Part shown: positions 23,067-32,519 of the stretch, in pieces
Layout of the letters: each line of letters begins with the position of its first letter
Position numbering within the stretch: position 1 is the first letter of the stretch
Origin: Coleofasciculus sp. B1-GNL1-01
GTDB lineage: Bacteria > Cyanobacteriota > Cyanobacteriia > Cyanobacteriales > Coleofasciculaceae
NCBI GenBank assembly: GCA_040220235.1
Contig: JAVJTO010000133.1
Length of the DNA: 50,706 bases
Direction: 5' to 3' (one strand)
Notes under the pieces: generated by a model
What the model saw: the letters and a program-made list of their open reading frames with translations, nothing else
Databases searched by the model: none
Told to the model about the DNA's origin: nothing
Position numbers and translations under genes: made by a program

Positions 23067-23150
23067 TTGTATGATGCTGGGGCAACCCGTCAGGCGATAG
23101 TTGATGGATTAACTTGGCTGAAAGCACAAGGGGCGGCGGATACGCAGTAG
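23067..23150 (+). pseudogene. Fragment resembling a caspase-like (C14) peptidase
   Basis: LYDAGATRQAIVDGLTWLKAQGAADTQ* resembles the ATR.AI..GL.WL helix that precedes the SGHG motif. Confidence 0.5.
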
Positions 23151-23152
23151 AT

Positions 23153-23213
23153 ACCGAATTAAAGATTATCACCCAAACTTTGTGGATAGGGGAATCCTTC
23201 CTCAACGAAGAAT
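23153..23213 (+). pseudogene. Duplicated 61-bp fragment of the CHAT domain
   Basis: 59/61 identical to 21323-21383. Confidence 0.9.
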
Positions 23214-23224
23214 GGGTGATGATT

Positions 23225-23439
23225 GGTGGGTTACGGCGGATAGAAATTAAACGGTTATTGGCAGAATTGAGTACCGCCTAACCCACCCTACAATTACGGA
23301 TGACAAATGAAAGACTTCCTCAAAGTCCCCCTTTTGAAGGGGGATTTAGGGGGATTTCAAGGTGGGAAATTGGTGGGTTACGGCGGATAGAGAATTAAAG
23401 GGTTATTGGCAGAATTTAGTACCGCCTAACCCACCCTAC
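23225..23439. repeat. Two REP family-2 doublets flanking an AAAGTCCCCCTTTTGAAGGGGGATTTAGGGGGAT hairpin repeat
   Basis: Matches 21973-22040 and 22067-22100. Confidence 0.85.
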
Positions 23440-23489
23440 AATTAGATAAGCAAGACAAAAGAACAAAAGAGAAATTAATCGTTTATTAG

Positions 23490-25799
23490 TTATATAGGTT
23501 GGTGTTTCCATAAGAATAGGTTGGTGATTAGATGGGCAAAAATAGAGGGGGTGAGGGGAAGGTAAAAATGAAGGGTGATAAAAATAATAAAACTAACTCC
23601 CCCAATACTAATTAAAACCATTCCGCTGGCGATTCCTCGATAGATTAAGCTGGAAATGCGCCAGTTGATGAGTCCGGCTGATAACGCCCATGTTCCAATC
23701 CAAATAGTTTCTATCCACCAGGGGGGAAATTGAAGTAGGGGACGTTGATCGGCTACGGCGCTAATCAGTTGACTGATTTTATGGGCGTGAAGATGTAAGC
23801 CGCGAATATCTTGATTTTCTGGCGTTTTAAAGTAATCCTTGACACTGGGATCAGTTACGCCAATTAATATAATTTTGTCTTGAATCAAAACGGGATTGAC
23901 TTGATGGTTGAGTACCTGAGTCAGGGTGACAGTGGGCGCAATTTCCTCGCTGCGGCGATAGTTGAGTAGGATTTGGTGTCCTTTGACTTGGGAGGCGGTA
24001 TAAAATCCAGGGTTCTGGTTGAGAATCTTGAAGCGGATTCTGCCAATTTTCCATTGTTTGGCGGTGGGAAAGTCAACAGAAAAGCCCTGATTCTGTAAAT
24101 AACGCAGGGCGATTTGGGAACTAAAAGCATAGTAGGCGGAACAGTTGGAAGGTTGAGGCGGATTCATGGCTAAAAGATGACGGCGGACAATGCTATCGGA
24201 ATCGGTAATCACATCACTAAATCCTAGACGCTGGCGGGGAATTTCTGGGGGTGGTGAGATACCTTCGGGATCATTCTGATTAGGATGGGTACAAATCGGA
24301 ATCACGCGATCGCGTGTTTTGAGATACTCAATTAATTCTGCTTGACCTTTGCCTTCAGGTCGGTCACGATAGATATCTAAACCGATAAGTTGGGGCTGAT
24401 ATTGGTCTAAGGTTTGTAATAATTGCCGCATTGTGCGATCATGTAGTGGATATTCATTGCCTAAGTTGGCGATATCCTGCCGAGTAATCTGCACCAGCAA
24501 CAACCGTTGATCCGGTTCCTCCGGCTGACGCGATCGCCCAAACCAATCAAACGTCTGAAATTCCCAAGATTGCCATACGCCAAGCGATCGCATTCCCATC
24601 ACCAATACCGTTACCCCCACCGTCGCGGCGATTACCCGCCACCAGGGAATGGATAGCGAGGGAGAGGGAATCGGCTGAAGCTGTTGATTCACCCAATGGC
24701 GATCAAAAACCGAGGCGTAAATCCGATTCGCCACCTGCAACTGTCCCCCCCACTTCACCACTAATCCCGATAACCGTAATTGCTGCTGCAAATTATTCTC
24801 ATCAGCCGGAACTTTTTTCCGTTTGAGTATCCGGTGATACAGCGTTAATACCCGTTGACTATCTTGATATCCAGACAAGACGCGATCGCGAATCGTCCGC
24901 AGATGTTCAGGATTATCCTGAGACAGCCAGTTATTGAGAATGTGCGATCGCACCACCTGATCCACAAGGGATTGGGAATAGTTTCCCCTGAGAAGGGCGG
25001 GTTTAGTCAAATTATCAATGTGTCTCTCTTCCCCAACTGTCTGACACACCAACCGACATACCTTTTGCGTCAGAAACGGTTGTCCCCCTGTCCAATTTAA
25101 TATAGCTTGAAGTACCGCATCAGGATAACGAACCTTTCCCTCTAATCCCCTAACTAAAGGTTTCGCCTCCTCCCGTGTAAACCCCTGCAACTCAATCGCC
25201 AAACTATCAATATTAAACGGCGTGCGCTGATTATCCGCAATCAAATCCGATGGCGTCGCCACTCCCAACAACGCAAAGGTTAAACGCTGGTATTTTGGCT
25301 GAATTGCCCGTTTATTATAACAAGTGCGGATAAAGCCAAACAGATCATCTTTAAAGTCTAAATTCAGAATACTATCGATTTCATCAATAAAAATAACAAT
25401 CTTACCCGCAACCCTTGCCAAAACCTCCTCATCCACGAACTTACTGAACCGATCAAAGGGAGACAAATACTCATACCGATACCACCACTCCCCCTCATCC
25501 AGATCCAACTCCAACCCACTCACCAAATGACTCACCATTGTGCCATAAAACTCCTCCTGAGTAATTTGATAACTACAAATATCCCGCATTTCCATTTCCA
25601 CACAGACAAACCCCTGATCTTGCAGATGTTTCATCGTCCGCACCAACAAACTCGACTTCCCCATCTGGCGAGAATTCAGCACATAACAAAACCGCATCCC
25701 CCTCAATCCCTGAAAAAGTTCTTGATCCGCCGCCCGAACCACATAATTCCTCGCCTCCAGGGGTAAAGCGCCGCCTACTTGATAATCGTCATTTGTCAT
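23490..25799 (-). CDS. AAA_35 (AAA-like) ATPase fused to TM-CHASE2-3TM sensor
   Basis: YQVGGAL, YVVRAAD, LNSRQMGKS and IFIDEID; TM segment; CHASE2 motifs DQRLLLV, IGLDIYRD, GFSDV..D.D.IVRR and KIILIG; C-terminal TM helices. Confidence 0.9.
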   Translation of the reverse strand: MTNDDYQVGGALPLEARNYVVRAADQELFQGLRGMRFCYVLNSRQMGKSSLLVRTMKHLQDQGFVCVEMEMRDICSYQITQEEFYGTMVSHLVSGLELDLDEGEWWYRYEYLSPFDRFSKFVDEEVLARVAGKIVIFIDEIDSILNLDFKDDLFGFIRTCYNKRAIQPKYQRLTFALLGVATPSDLIADNQRTPFNIDSLAIELQGFTREEAKPLVRGLEGKVRYPDAVLQAILNWTGGQPFLTQKVCRLVCQTVGEERHIDNLTKPALLRGNYSQSLVDQVVRSHILNNWLSQDNPEHLRTIRDRVLSGYQDSQRVLTLYHRILKRKKVPADENNLQQQLRLSGLVVKWGGQLQVANRIYASVFDRHWVNQQLQPIPSPSLSIPWWRVIAATVGVTVLVMGMRSLGVWQSWEFQTFDWFGRSRQPEEPDQRLLLVQITRQDIANLGNEYPLHDRTMRQLLQTLDQYQPQLIGLDIYRDRPEGKGQAELIEYLKTRDRVIPICTHPNQNDPEGISPPPEIPRQRLGFSDVITDSDSIVRRHLLAMNPPQPSNCSAYYAFSSQIALRYLQNQGFSVDFPTAKQWKIGRIRFKILNQNPGFYTASQVKGHQILLNYRRSEEIAPTVTLTQVLNHQVNPVLIQDKIILIGVTDPSVKDYFKTPENQDIRGLHLHAHKISQLISAVADQRPLLQFPPWWIETIWIGTWALSAGLINWRISSLIYRGIASGMVLISIGGVSFIIFITLHFYLPLTPSIFAHLITNLFLWKHQPI

Positions 25800-25856
25800 T
25801 TGTCATTAGTCATTTGTCATTTGTCATTTGTCATTTGTCATTTGTCATTTGTCATT
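25788..25856. repeat. Heptamer tandem repeat overlapping the AAA-CHASE2 start
   Basis: (gtcattt)n, about 10 units. Confidence 0.9.
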
Positions 25857-25947
25857 TATCATTATTTGTCATTGATCATCTAACCCTAAACATAAAACCC
25901 AACTCCATCTCCAACCCCCTAAAACCTGTCCCCCATCCACTCACCCC

Positions 25948-25990
25948 CTCTGCGTTCCTCTGCGTAAACCTCTGCGTTCCTCTGCGTTAA
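25948..25990. repeat. (CCTCTGCG)-based dispersed repeat
   Basis: CTCTGCGTTCCTCTGCGTAAACCTCTGCGTTCCTCTGCGTTAA. A second copy lies near 36136-36180. Confidence 0.8.
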
Positions 25991-26033
25991 AAAAACATAA
26001 ACTCTCTCCCCACAACATCAAATAAAACAATCC

Positions 26034-27359
26034 CTAACCCCCCGATTCAATCCGACTCTTAAAATACCGACGAAACAACTCATAACGAGGACTAACGCCA
26101 TCCCCTTCCCACCGAACCAACCCCAAATTCTCCAAAACATCCGCCACCTCCAGATTCAATCTCACCGGATGATTAACACCAACAACCTGATAAAACGCCG
26201 CCACCAACTCCGGTGATTGATGTAACTTTTGTCCATACATCAGCAAATAATCCCGATAAACTCCCCTAGGAGTCGCCGCCGTTACCAACACCTCCTCCAA
26301 TGTCACCAACTTTTGTCCAATTTGCTTCATCGCCTCTTGCACCAAATAAGGCTGTCCCCCCACCATCGCCATTAACCGATTCACCTGATCAATTTGCCAA
26401 TCCAATCCATAATCTTGCGCCAACGCTTGCACCTGTTCCCGACTCAATTCCGGTAACGCGATCGGAAGCCCCGTATTAAACGGCGACTGATTAATATCCA
26501 GTTCGCGATAATCTTCCGTATACACTAAAACCTGGCGCAACTTACCCCAAATTGGGCGCGTTTTTGCATCCTCATGTCGCGTTCGTAGCATCCCTAAAAA
26601 CTCCCCCGCGACTTCCGGATAAGGAAAAATTCGATCCACTTCATCTAACCCCAAAACCAGGGAACTACCTCCCGGTAACAGATGCTTTTCAAAATACGTC
26701 TTACACTTATTCTTACTATTGCCAATACTCTTATTCCAATGTTCAGCAACTGGATTGTCTGATAATGATTCTTGGTTCAGACTCAGCGTCACACTGGTAC
26801 AGAACCATTGCAGAAATCGATTCAAATCTTGAAAATCCGTCGCCGTTGCATCCCGCAGATTCAAACTCACGACGCGATAACCCTGATCCGCCGCATAATT
26901 CAACACCCGTGACATCAACTCCGTTTTCCCCATCTTCCACGGCGCTTTAATCCGCAGTAAACATCCCGGCTTCAGGATTTCCTGGTAACAGGTAGACAGA
27001 ATCCCCGGTTCAATATAACGATCTTGACAGAGAATCGCACGGGAATCTGTCTCTGGATTCCTCAGTTGTTCTCCATGCTGCTGATATCGCACATACTCCT
27101 GTCTTAACCAGTCTCGTAAGCGCTTAAATTTCCCCTTTTTCTCCGTATTCAGCGCCGGACAAGAATGGGCAAATGTCGCATAAATTCGCCCCATTCGCCG
27201 TTGCAGTGTCACTTCACTGATATGCAACTTGTCAGCAATTTTGGCATCAAGTTCTGCCAAATTTCGTTCCGCAAAGCGGCAAAACAACACCTGTCTCTCA
27301 TCGGCATCAAATATACCCTGATAATCCGCAATTTGTTGTAAAAATGTATCCCACGACAT
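26034..27359 (-). CDS. HTH + AAA_35 ATPase protein (putative regulator)
   Basis: N-terminal LuxR/sigma4-like IADKLHISEVTLQRRMGRIYATF; KAPWKMGKT, LVLGLDEVD, QSPFNTG and GGQPYLVQ. Confidence 0.85.
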   Translation of the reverse strand: MSWDTFLQQIADYQGIFDADERQVLFCRFAERNLAELDAKIADKLHISEVTLQRRMGRIYATFAHSCPALNTEKKGKFKRLRDWLRQEYVRYQQHGEQLRNPETDSRAILCQDRYIEPGILSTCYQEILKPGCLLRIKAPWKMGKTELMSRVLNYAADQGYRVVSLNLRDATATDFQDLNRFLQWFCTSVTLSLNQESLSDNPVAEHWNKSIGNSKNKCKTYFEKHLLPGGSSLVLGLDEVDRIFPYPEVAGEFLGMLRTRHEDAKTRPIWGKLRQVLVYTEDYRELDINQSPFNTGLPIALPELSREQVQALAQDYGLDWQIDQVNRLMAMVGGQPYLVQEAMKQIGQKLVTLEEVLVTAATPRGVYRDYLLMYGQKLHQSPELVAAFYQVVGVNHPVRLNLEVADVLENLGLVRWEGDGVSPRYELFRRYFKSRIESGG

Positions 27360-27533
27360 AAACAGCTATAGGTATTCAATAGTAAGCAAAATTGTAGGGG
27401 CGCAGGTTGTGCGTCCAGAAAATCGCCAAAATCTATTCCACTAGACTATCATTTATAATCCAATGATTAAAATGAACGTAGCTTGAGTCAGCGATGCGAA
27501 CCTTTATAGCGAAGACAGCGCAACGCTTAACGA

Positions 27534-27663
27534 ATAAGCTGTTCGGTATTTAAACCTTAATATCAATAATGGCGCAATCCTTGCCGTAGTGCGTTTAGCG
27601 AAGCCATGCCGCAGGCTTTGCATCTTGCTCGCTAATACCCAATTTCAATGCATGACCGCTTAT
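27534..27663. mobile_element. Degenerate MITE-like element
   Basis: Imperfect terminal inverted repeats ATAAGCTGTTCGGTATTTAAA / TTTCAATGCATGACCGCTTAT. Confidence 0.45.
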
Positions 27664-27676
27664 TTTTGGCTAATAT

Positions 27677-27716
27677 TGATACCTTCTGATGGCTTGTGAT
27701 ACCTTTTGATACCTTT
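27677..27716. promoter_or_regulatory. Four 10-bp-phased direct repeats, putative operator
   Basis: TGATACCTTC TGATGGCTTG TGATACCTTT TGATACCTTT in the divergent promoter region. The repeat is directly visible; its function is inferred. Confidence 0.55.
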
Positions 27717-27870
27717 TCAACAAACCCTCACAATCCTATCTGATAGCTAGCTGTGGGTTCAGATGCAAAATAAACCGATTTAATAGAGTTATAAGCAAAG
27801 CACAACCATCTGATCAATCAGACTATTTTACAGTTATCTCAACTCTCTCAGAATTCTCAGGAGTACGATT

Positions 27871-29580
27871 ATGCTGAAATTCAAGCCCATTCTTTCTTTT
27901 ACCGTAGTCGGACTATCTCTCAGTCTACTCAGTAGTAGTAAAGTATTAGCCTTTAGCTTCAACTTTAGCCCGATCGCAGAAACTAGCAGTTCATTCAGTT
28001 CCTTTAGCAGCCTCGGATCAGGACTCGGTACTGCAGGTGGGAATAGCGGCTATAAGTTATCTAATGATGCCGACTATCAAAACGGCAAAGGACTGGCAAT
28101 TAACAATAATGGGCAAGTCGTCTTTTTTGCCGAACTCACGTCAGGAGACCAAGGAATCTATGTTGGTACTGGCGTAGGGGGATCAAAAATCATTGTTGAT
28201 AACAAAGCCGACTCTATATTTAGCAGTTTTGGTCAGGGGTTAGCCCTCAATAATGATGGTACTGTCGCCTTTTTTGCTGATGTAGATGCTGGAGGTCAAG
28301 GCATCTTTACTAGCAACGGTGTCAGGAACACGCAACAAATTGCCCACACGAGTGGAACCTATAGTAACTTTGCCCCTGGACTGGCGATTAACGACAGTGG
28401 CACTGTAGCCTTTTTTGCCAATCTTGATAATGGTGGACAAGAAATCTTTACCAGTGACGGCAATAAAACCATCCAAATTACCAACTGTACAGGTGCTGGC
28501 TCATCTGAGCAACAATGTCCTCTGTCCAGTGTAAACCTTGATCCTCTTGCACCTGACATTAATAATCAGGGAATGGTTAGCTTTGTCAGTCACTACGGTG
28601 TCTTTACAGGGGATGAGAATGGCAACTATCTAATTGTTGCTGATCAAACTAACTTTTGGAATGGTTCATATCGGGAAGCCAATATAAATGACCAAGGCGA
28701 AGTCTCAGCGTTTGCTCATAATAATGGCGCGGGACAAGTCATTTTTAAGGCGGATGGCATTAATGGTGAACTGATTGCCGGGAATAATTATGAGCAGTCA
28801 GAAACACCAGATACATTCTATAATGTTGGCACCAGTTCTATCAATAATAAAGGACTTGTCGCGTTTATGGCGAATCAGGTCGTTGAAGGGTCTAGCCCCT
28901 TTAGCAACCAGGATAAAGGTATCTTTGTGGGTAGTAATGCGGTCGAGGATAAAGTTATTGGCATTGGCGATACCTTATTCGGTTCCACTGTACTTGATTT
29001 AGACATGGATCGGCAAAGCCTGAGTGATGATAATGAAATTGTCTTCTGGGCAAAACTGGAAGATGGTACTGAGGGAATTTACCGCGCCAATAACATCGCT
29101 GACTCCCAATTTAATCCTTTGCTTCCTGATAGTACCTTGGATGGAGTGTTCCGATTTATTGATGTGATTGGCGGCAAATGGTACGATCCACCTTCCGCCT
29201 ATGGCTTCCACTATGAAATGACCGGGGATTCTTTATTTACCTCAATTCTGAACTTCCCGGTTGGCTTTGAAAATCCCTTCACGGTATCTGTAGGAGATAC
29301 AAATCTGGGTGAATTTCTACCCGGAGACAGTATCGATTTTGTCTCGCTTTTGGGTGGTGGTGTTTCTGAGTTTACGATTACCGGACTCAATGTTGATCCC
29401 ACCAATCCTACAGCGTTCCCAATTAAACTTGACTTTGATACAGATACGGCGAGTTTCGATATGCACGCACTCATAGAGGAAGACAGTCAGGACGTACCTG
29501 AACCCGTTTCTGTATTCAGTTTGTTGACCTTGGGTTCAGGTGTTGTATTACTGCGTAGACGGAAATCAAGGCAGCTGTAG
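27871..29580 (+). CDS. PEP-CTERM surface protein with NxxGxVAF repeats
   Basis: Signal peptide, repeated (I/L)N(N/D)xGxVAF motifs, and C-terminal VPEP + TM + RRRK. Confidence 0.92.
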   Translation: MLKFKPILSFTVVGLSLSLLSSSKVLAFSFNFSPIAETSSSFSSFSSLGSGLGTAGGNSGYKLSNDADYQNGKGLAINNNGQVVFFAELTSGDQGIYVGTGVGGSKIIVDNKADSIFSSFGQGLALNNDGTVAFFADVDAGGQGIFTSNGVRNTQQIAHTSGTYSNFAPGLAINDSGTVAFFANLDNGGQEIFTSDGNKTIQITNCTGAGSSEQQCPLSSVNLDPLAPDINNQGMVSFVSHYGVFTGDENGNYLIVADQTNFWNGSYREANINDQGEVSAFAHNNGAGQVIFKADGINGELIAGNNYEQSETPDTFYNVGTSSINNKGLVAFMANQVVEGSSPFSNQDKGIFVGSNAVEDKVIGIGDTLFGSTVLDLDMDRQSLSDDNEIVFWAKLEDGTEGIYRANNIADSQFNPLLPDSTLDGVFRFIDVIGGKWYDPPSAYGFHYEMTGDSLFTSILNFPVGFENPFTVSVGDTNLGEFLPGDSIDFVSLLGGGVSEFTITGLNVDPTNPTAFPIKLDFDTDTASFDMHALIEEDSQDVPEPVSVFSLLTLGSGVVLLRRRKSRQL

Positions 29581-29620
29581 GGGTGGGTTTTACAACTATC
29601 TTATCGGTTGCACCCAGATG

Positions 29621-29727
29621 TATAGCACTACGCATTAAGGTTAGGACAATACAATTGGGTGAAAAGGCAACAGGCAACAGGCAATAGGCAACAGGGGAAT
29701 GTCCTAACGTATCCCCGTAGGGCTATA
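29621..29727. mobile_element. MITE inserted inside a REP doublet (29577-29743)
   Basis: Inverted ends TATAGCACTACG...GTTAGGACA / TGTCCTAAC...CGTAGGGCTATA with internal AGGCAA(C/T) heptamers. REP arms lie on both sides. Confidence 0.75.
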
Positions 29728-29857
29728 ACTAAACCCGCCCCTGCTAGTAGGGTGCAGCATACCAGTCAGTAACATTGATCTATACCGATTGAATCTTGGC
29801 TAGAGTAAAGGCACAAACAAATAACCAACAAAAGCTAAAAACTTGAAGGAGAAAACA

Positions 29858-30778
29858 ATGTTGAACTATACCGCAAAACTTTCTATTTCTGCTCCAATCA
29901 TCCCTATCGCCACCGTATGTGGTTTGCTATTTGCCACAGGCGAATCCGCTCAAGCTGCTACGTTTGCTCTCAATGAAGATACGACGGTTGATACGTTTAC
30001 CGAATGTGTCAACGATGGTATTGCCCTCAAAGTTGGCAAAAATCCCGTTGATGAATCAGGATGGCACTATGCGATTGATTCATTTGATGATGGCGTGGAT
30101 GGAACACAAGTTGGTGGGGATGGTAATCCCTATGAAATTTACAGTTTAGCGCTTAAAGAAACAGAGGATAGCCTTTTTGTGGCGATTAATGCCAATATGC
30201 CGTTAACAGGTGTTGATGGAACCAGTGCTGATGATAGAAATATTGGTTGGGGAGATTTGTTCTTCAATTTTACCGATCAAGATTTCACCACGGCGAATAA
30301 TCAAGGAGATTTATTCGGAGTACGTTTTGCCGGAACTAATGATTCCTTAGTCCCTAATCTGGGTCTTTATGGCAATGTCACCGCTATTAGTACCACAGAT
30401 ATTAATAGTGGATTTGATAGCCTAGAAGCTTACAACCAACGAGTGAGCGATTTTTGTCAAGGTGCTGACTGTGGTCCGAGTCTGGGGGATTTACCTGCTG
30501 ATACCTCTTATTTTGACCAATCTCAAAGCTTAAATACAATTGGTTCGGGTGAATTTCTCACCAGTCTTATGTATCTGTCTGAGTCTGAATTACTGGCGGC
30601 TGGCTATGACTTGAATCGCTTTGATGGGGAACATACGATCGCGTTCAAGTTCGATAAATCAGGGATTTGCGATCGCGGCTATTGTACATCCGTCCCTGAA
30701 CCCTCTGCTGGCGTGGGTTTAGCCGCCCTCGGCTTAATGGTTGGTGTCAATCATCTCCGCAAGCGTTACTCAGCTTGA
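29858..30778 (+). CDS. PEP-CTERM exosortase-dependent surface protein (XDD3-like)
   Basis: Signal peptide (AQAA), WHYAIDSFDDG, YEIYSLA, IGWGDLFFNF, and C-terminal VPEPS + TM + RKR. Confidence 0.88.
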   Translation: MLNYTAKLSISAPIIPIATVCGLLFATGESAQAATFALNEDTTVDTFTECVNDGIALKVGKNPVDESGWHYAIDSFDDGVDGTQVGGDGNPYEIYSLALKETEDSLFVAINANMPLTGVDGTSADDRNIGWGDLFFNFTDQDFTTANNQGDLFGVRFAGTNDSLVPNLGLYGNVTAISTTDINSGFDSLEAYNQRVSDFCQGADCGPSLGDLPADTSYFDQSQSLNTIGSGEFLTSLMYLSESELLAAGYDLNRFDGEHTIAFKFDKSGICDRGYCTSVPEPSAGVGLAALGLMVGVNHLRKRYSA

Positions 30779-31205
30779 AAACCCGGTGTCGCCAAGGTTA
30801 AAGCTATTGGCAGATGACGTGCGATCGCCAAGCGTGTCCGCCGGACGTATCGCGACTTCACTCATTGCTTAAATGTTCAACATTTTCCATCTGTCAATAG
30901 CCAGGTTTGGGAGCAGGTTTTATGGCAACCTCAAGACGAATTCAAACCTTATCTATCGCTATAATTGAAGTAGTTAGTGCTGGAGTCAATACAGTCCATA
31001 TTCCGCAACTAACACCAACTATTTTCAGTCCAAGCACACCGTTGAATTTTCAGCGTGAGACGGAACAGACAGCCAATCAACCCGCTCGGAATATTTGCCC
31101 ATCTCGCCCGACTCTCCCCTGTGCAGAAAGACCCCGATAGATAAGAAAGGAATAGGAAACAGGAAAGGTAAGGGACAAAGCTTTACAGACTAAAACCCGA
31201 TTTTC

Positions 31206-31221
31206 TGTATTTTTTACTACA
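31206..31221. promoter_or_regulatory. Possible NtcA site
   Basis: TGTA-TTTTTTAC-TACA fits GTA-N8-TAC, but there is no canonical -10 box 22 nt away. Confidence 0.3.
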
Positions 31222-31394
31222 TTTTTGCCGGAATTTGATCCGGGTTGTCCAAGCTGGCGATCCAGTGAATACAGAGTTGGTGATTAACTTTGTAAAGATT
31301 TGTTTCAAAATCCTGACTATGTGCGTAAAGGGGAGGAATGAACCCAGAGTGATAATTAGAAAGTCAATTCACTGTCAACCAATCCAGGAAACTT

Positions 31395-31619
31395 ATGTGG
31401 AACATCATTTTCAGCGGATTAATCCTCTTTTACTTAGTCATGTTACCGCTTTTGTTCACACGATGGCTAGGCTTTTTGCAACGTGAGGAAAACCTCTCTC
31501 CCCAAAGCCGATTTCACTCGCTCATGTTCTTACTCATCGCCGCTCTTCTTTGGCCCCTAGTCGTACCCATCTCCTACCTAGAACTATTAGATCGCCAAGA
31601 ACAGCTTCAGAATTTTTGA
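31395..31619 (+). CDS. Small two-TM hypothetical protein
   Basis: Two hydrophobic segments and a WPLVVPISYLELL motif. Confidence 0.75.
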   Translation: MWNIIFSGLILFYLVMLPLLFTRWLGFLQREENLSPQSRFHSLMFLLIAALLWPLVVPISYLELLDRQEQLQNF

Positions 31620-31702
31620 GCAACCGGAGTATCACCTTTATTTCTGACACCGCATTAATTAGTATTACATCTCAAGTTATCTGAACTGAAGGAACAAGTC
31701 CA

Positions 31703-32401
31703 ATGACTGCATTTACCCTCAACCCAAATCGTTGCGATGAAAACTATATCCATCAGCCATCACTCTTCAATAATCAGATATTAATTTTCTCGCTTCATCC
31801 TTCAACCTATTCCCTTTCTAAACGCTGCATTGATATTATGGGGTCTCTAATCGGACTTCTGATTTTAGGAATTCTTTTTCTCCCTATCGCCATTGCCATA
31901 AAACTCGATAGTCCTGGTAAGATTTTCTATAGTCAAACCCGCCACGGGCTTTACGGCAAACCCTTCAAAATTTGGAAATTTCGCTCAATGATTTCCCAAG
32001 CGGACACCCTCAAATCCCAAATTCCCAATCAAGTCCAAGGACACCTATTTAAGAATGACAATGACCCCCGCATCACTCCTGTGGGGCGTTTTCTGCGCGG
32101 AACTAGCTTAGACGAATTTCCGCAATTTTGGAACGTTTTAATCGGAGACATGAGTTTAGTTGGCACTCGTCCGCCCACCCCAGATGAAGTAATCTACTAT
32201 AACCTCAAGCATTGGCAGCGATTAAACGTAAAACCGGGGATCACAGGCGAATGGCAAGTCAACGGGCGCTCGCAGGTACAGGATTTTGAGGCGGTGGTTG
32301 CTCTTGATTTAAACTATCAGAAACAATGGCATCCTGGGTATGATTTAATGATTATTTGGAAAACAATTTCCGTTGTTTTTACCCGACTCGGTGCTTGTTA
32401 A
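31703..32401 (+). CDS. Sugar transferase (polyprenyl-phosphate glycosylphosphotransferase, Bac_transf)
   Basis: KRCIDI, KFRSM, NDPRIT.VGRFLR.TSLDEFPQFWNVL.GDMSLVG and KPGITG.WQVNGR. Confidence 0.93.
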   Translation: MTAFTLNPNRCDENYIHQPSLFNNQILIFSLHPSTYSLSKRCIDIMGSLIGLLILGILFLPIAIAIKLDSPGKIFYSQTRHGLYGKPFKIWKFRSMISQADTLKSQIPNQVQGHLFKNDNDPRITPVGRFLRGTSLDEFPQFWNVLIGDMSLVGTRPPTPDEVIYYNLKHWQRLNVKPGITGEWQVNGRSQVQDFEAVVALDLNYQKQWHPGYDLMIIWKTISVVFTRLGAC

Positions 32402-32453
32402 TAAACAGAAGACTGTAGGATTCCAGCGCCATGGCACGTCTGACAACCCAGTT

Positions 32454-32519
32454 GTAGGGGCGGGTTTTACAGATAACATTTTGCCACCCATTAATAACTT
32501 AACTAAACCCGCCCCCTAC
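32454..32519. repeat. REP doublet that supplies the ThiF stop codon
   Basis: GTAGGGGCGGGTTT...AAACCCGCCCCCTAC; the stop is at 32516-32518. Confidence 0.85.

Noticed and set aside
21323..23213. DGR template/variable repeat pair
   Set aside because: Only two mismatches, no reverse transcriptase in the window, and the copy continues into duplicated downstream DNA
21973..23439. Three ~67-bp repeats as a CRISPR array
   Set aside because: Irregular spacing, REP-type inverted arms and no cas genes
30907..31486. ORFs 30907-31140 and 31235-31486
   Set aside because: Weak TTG starts, no motifs, and the second overlaps the better-supported 31395 gene
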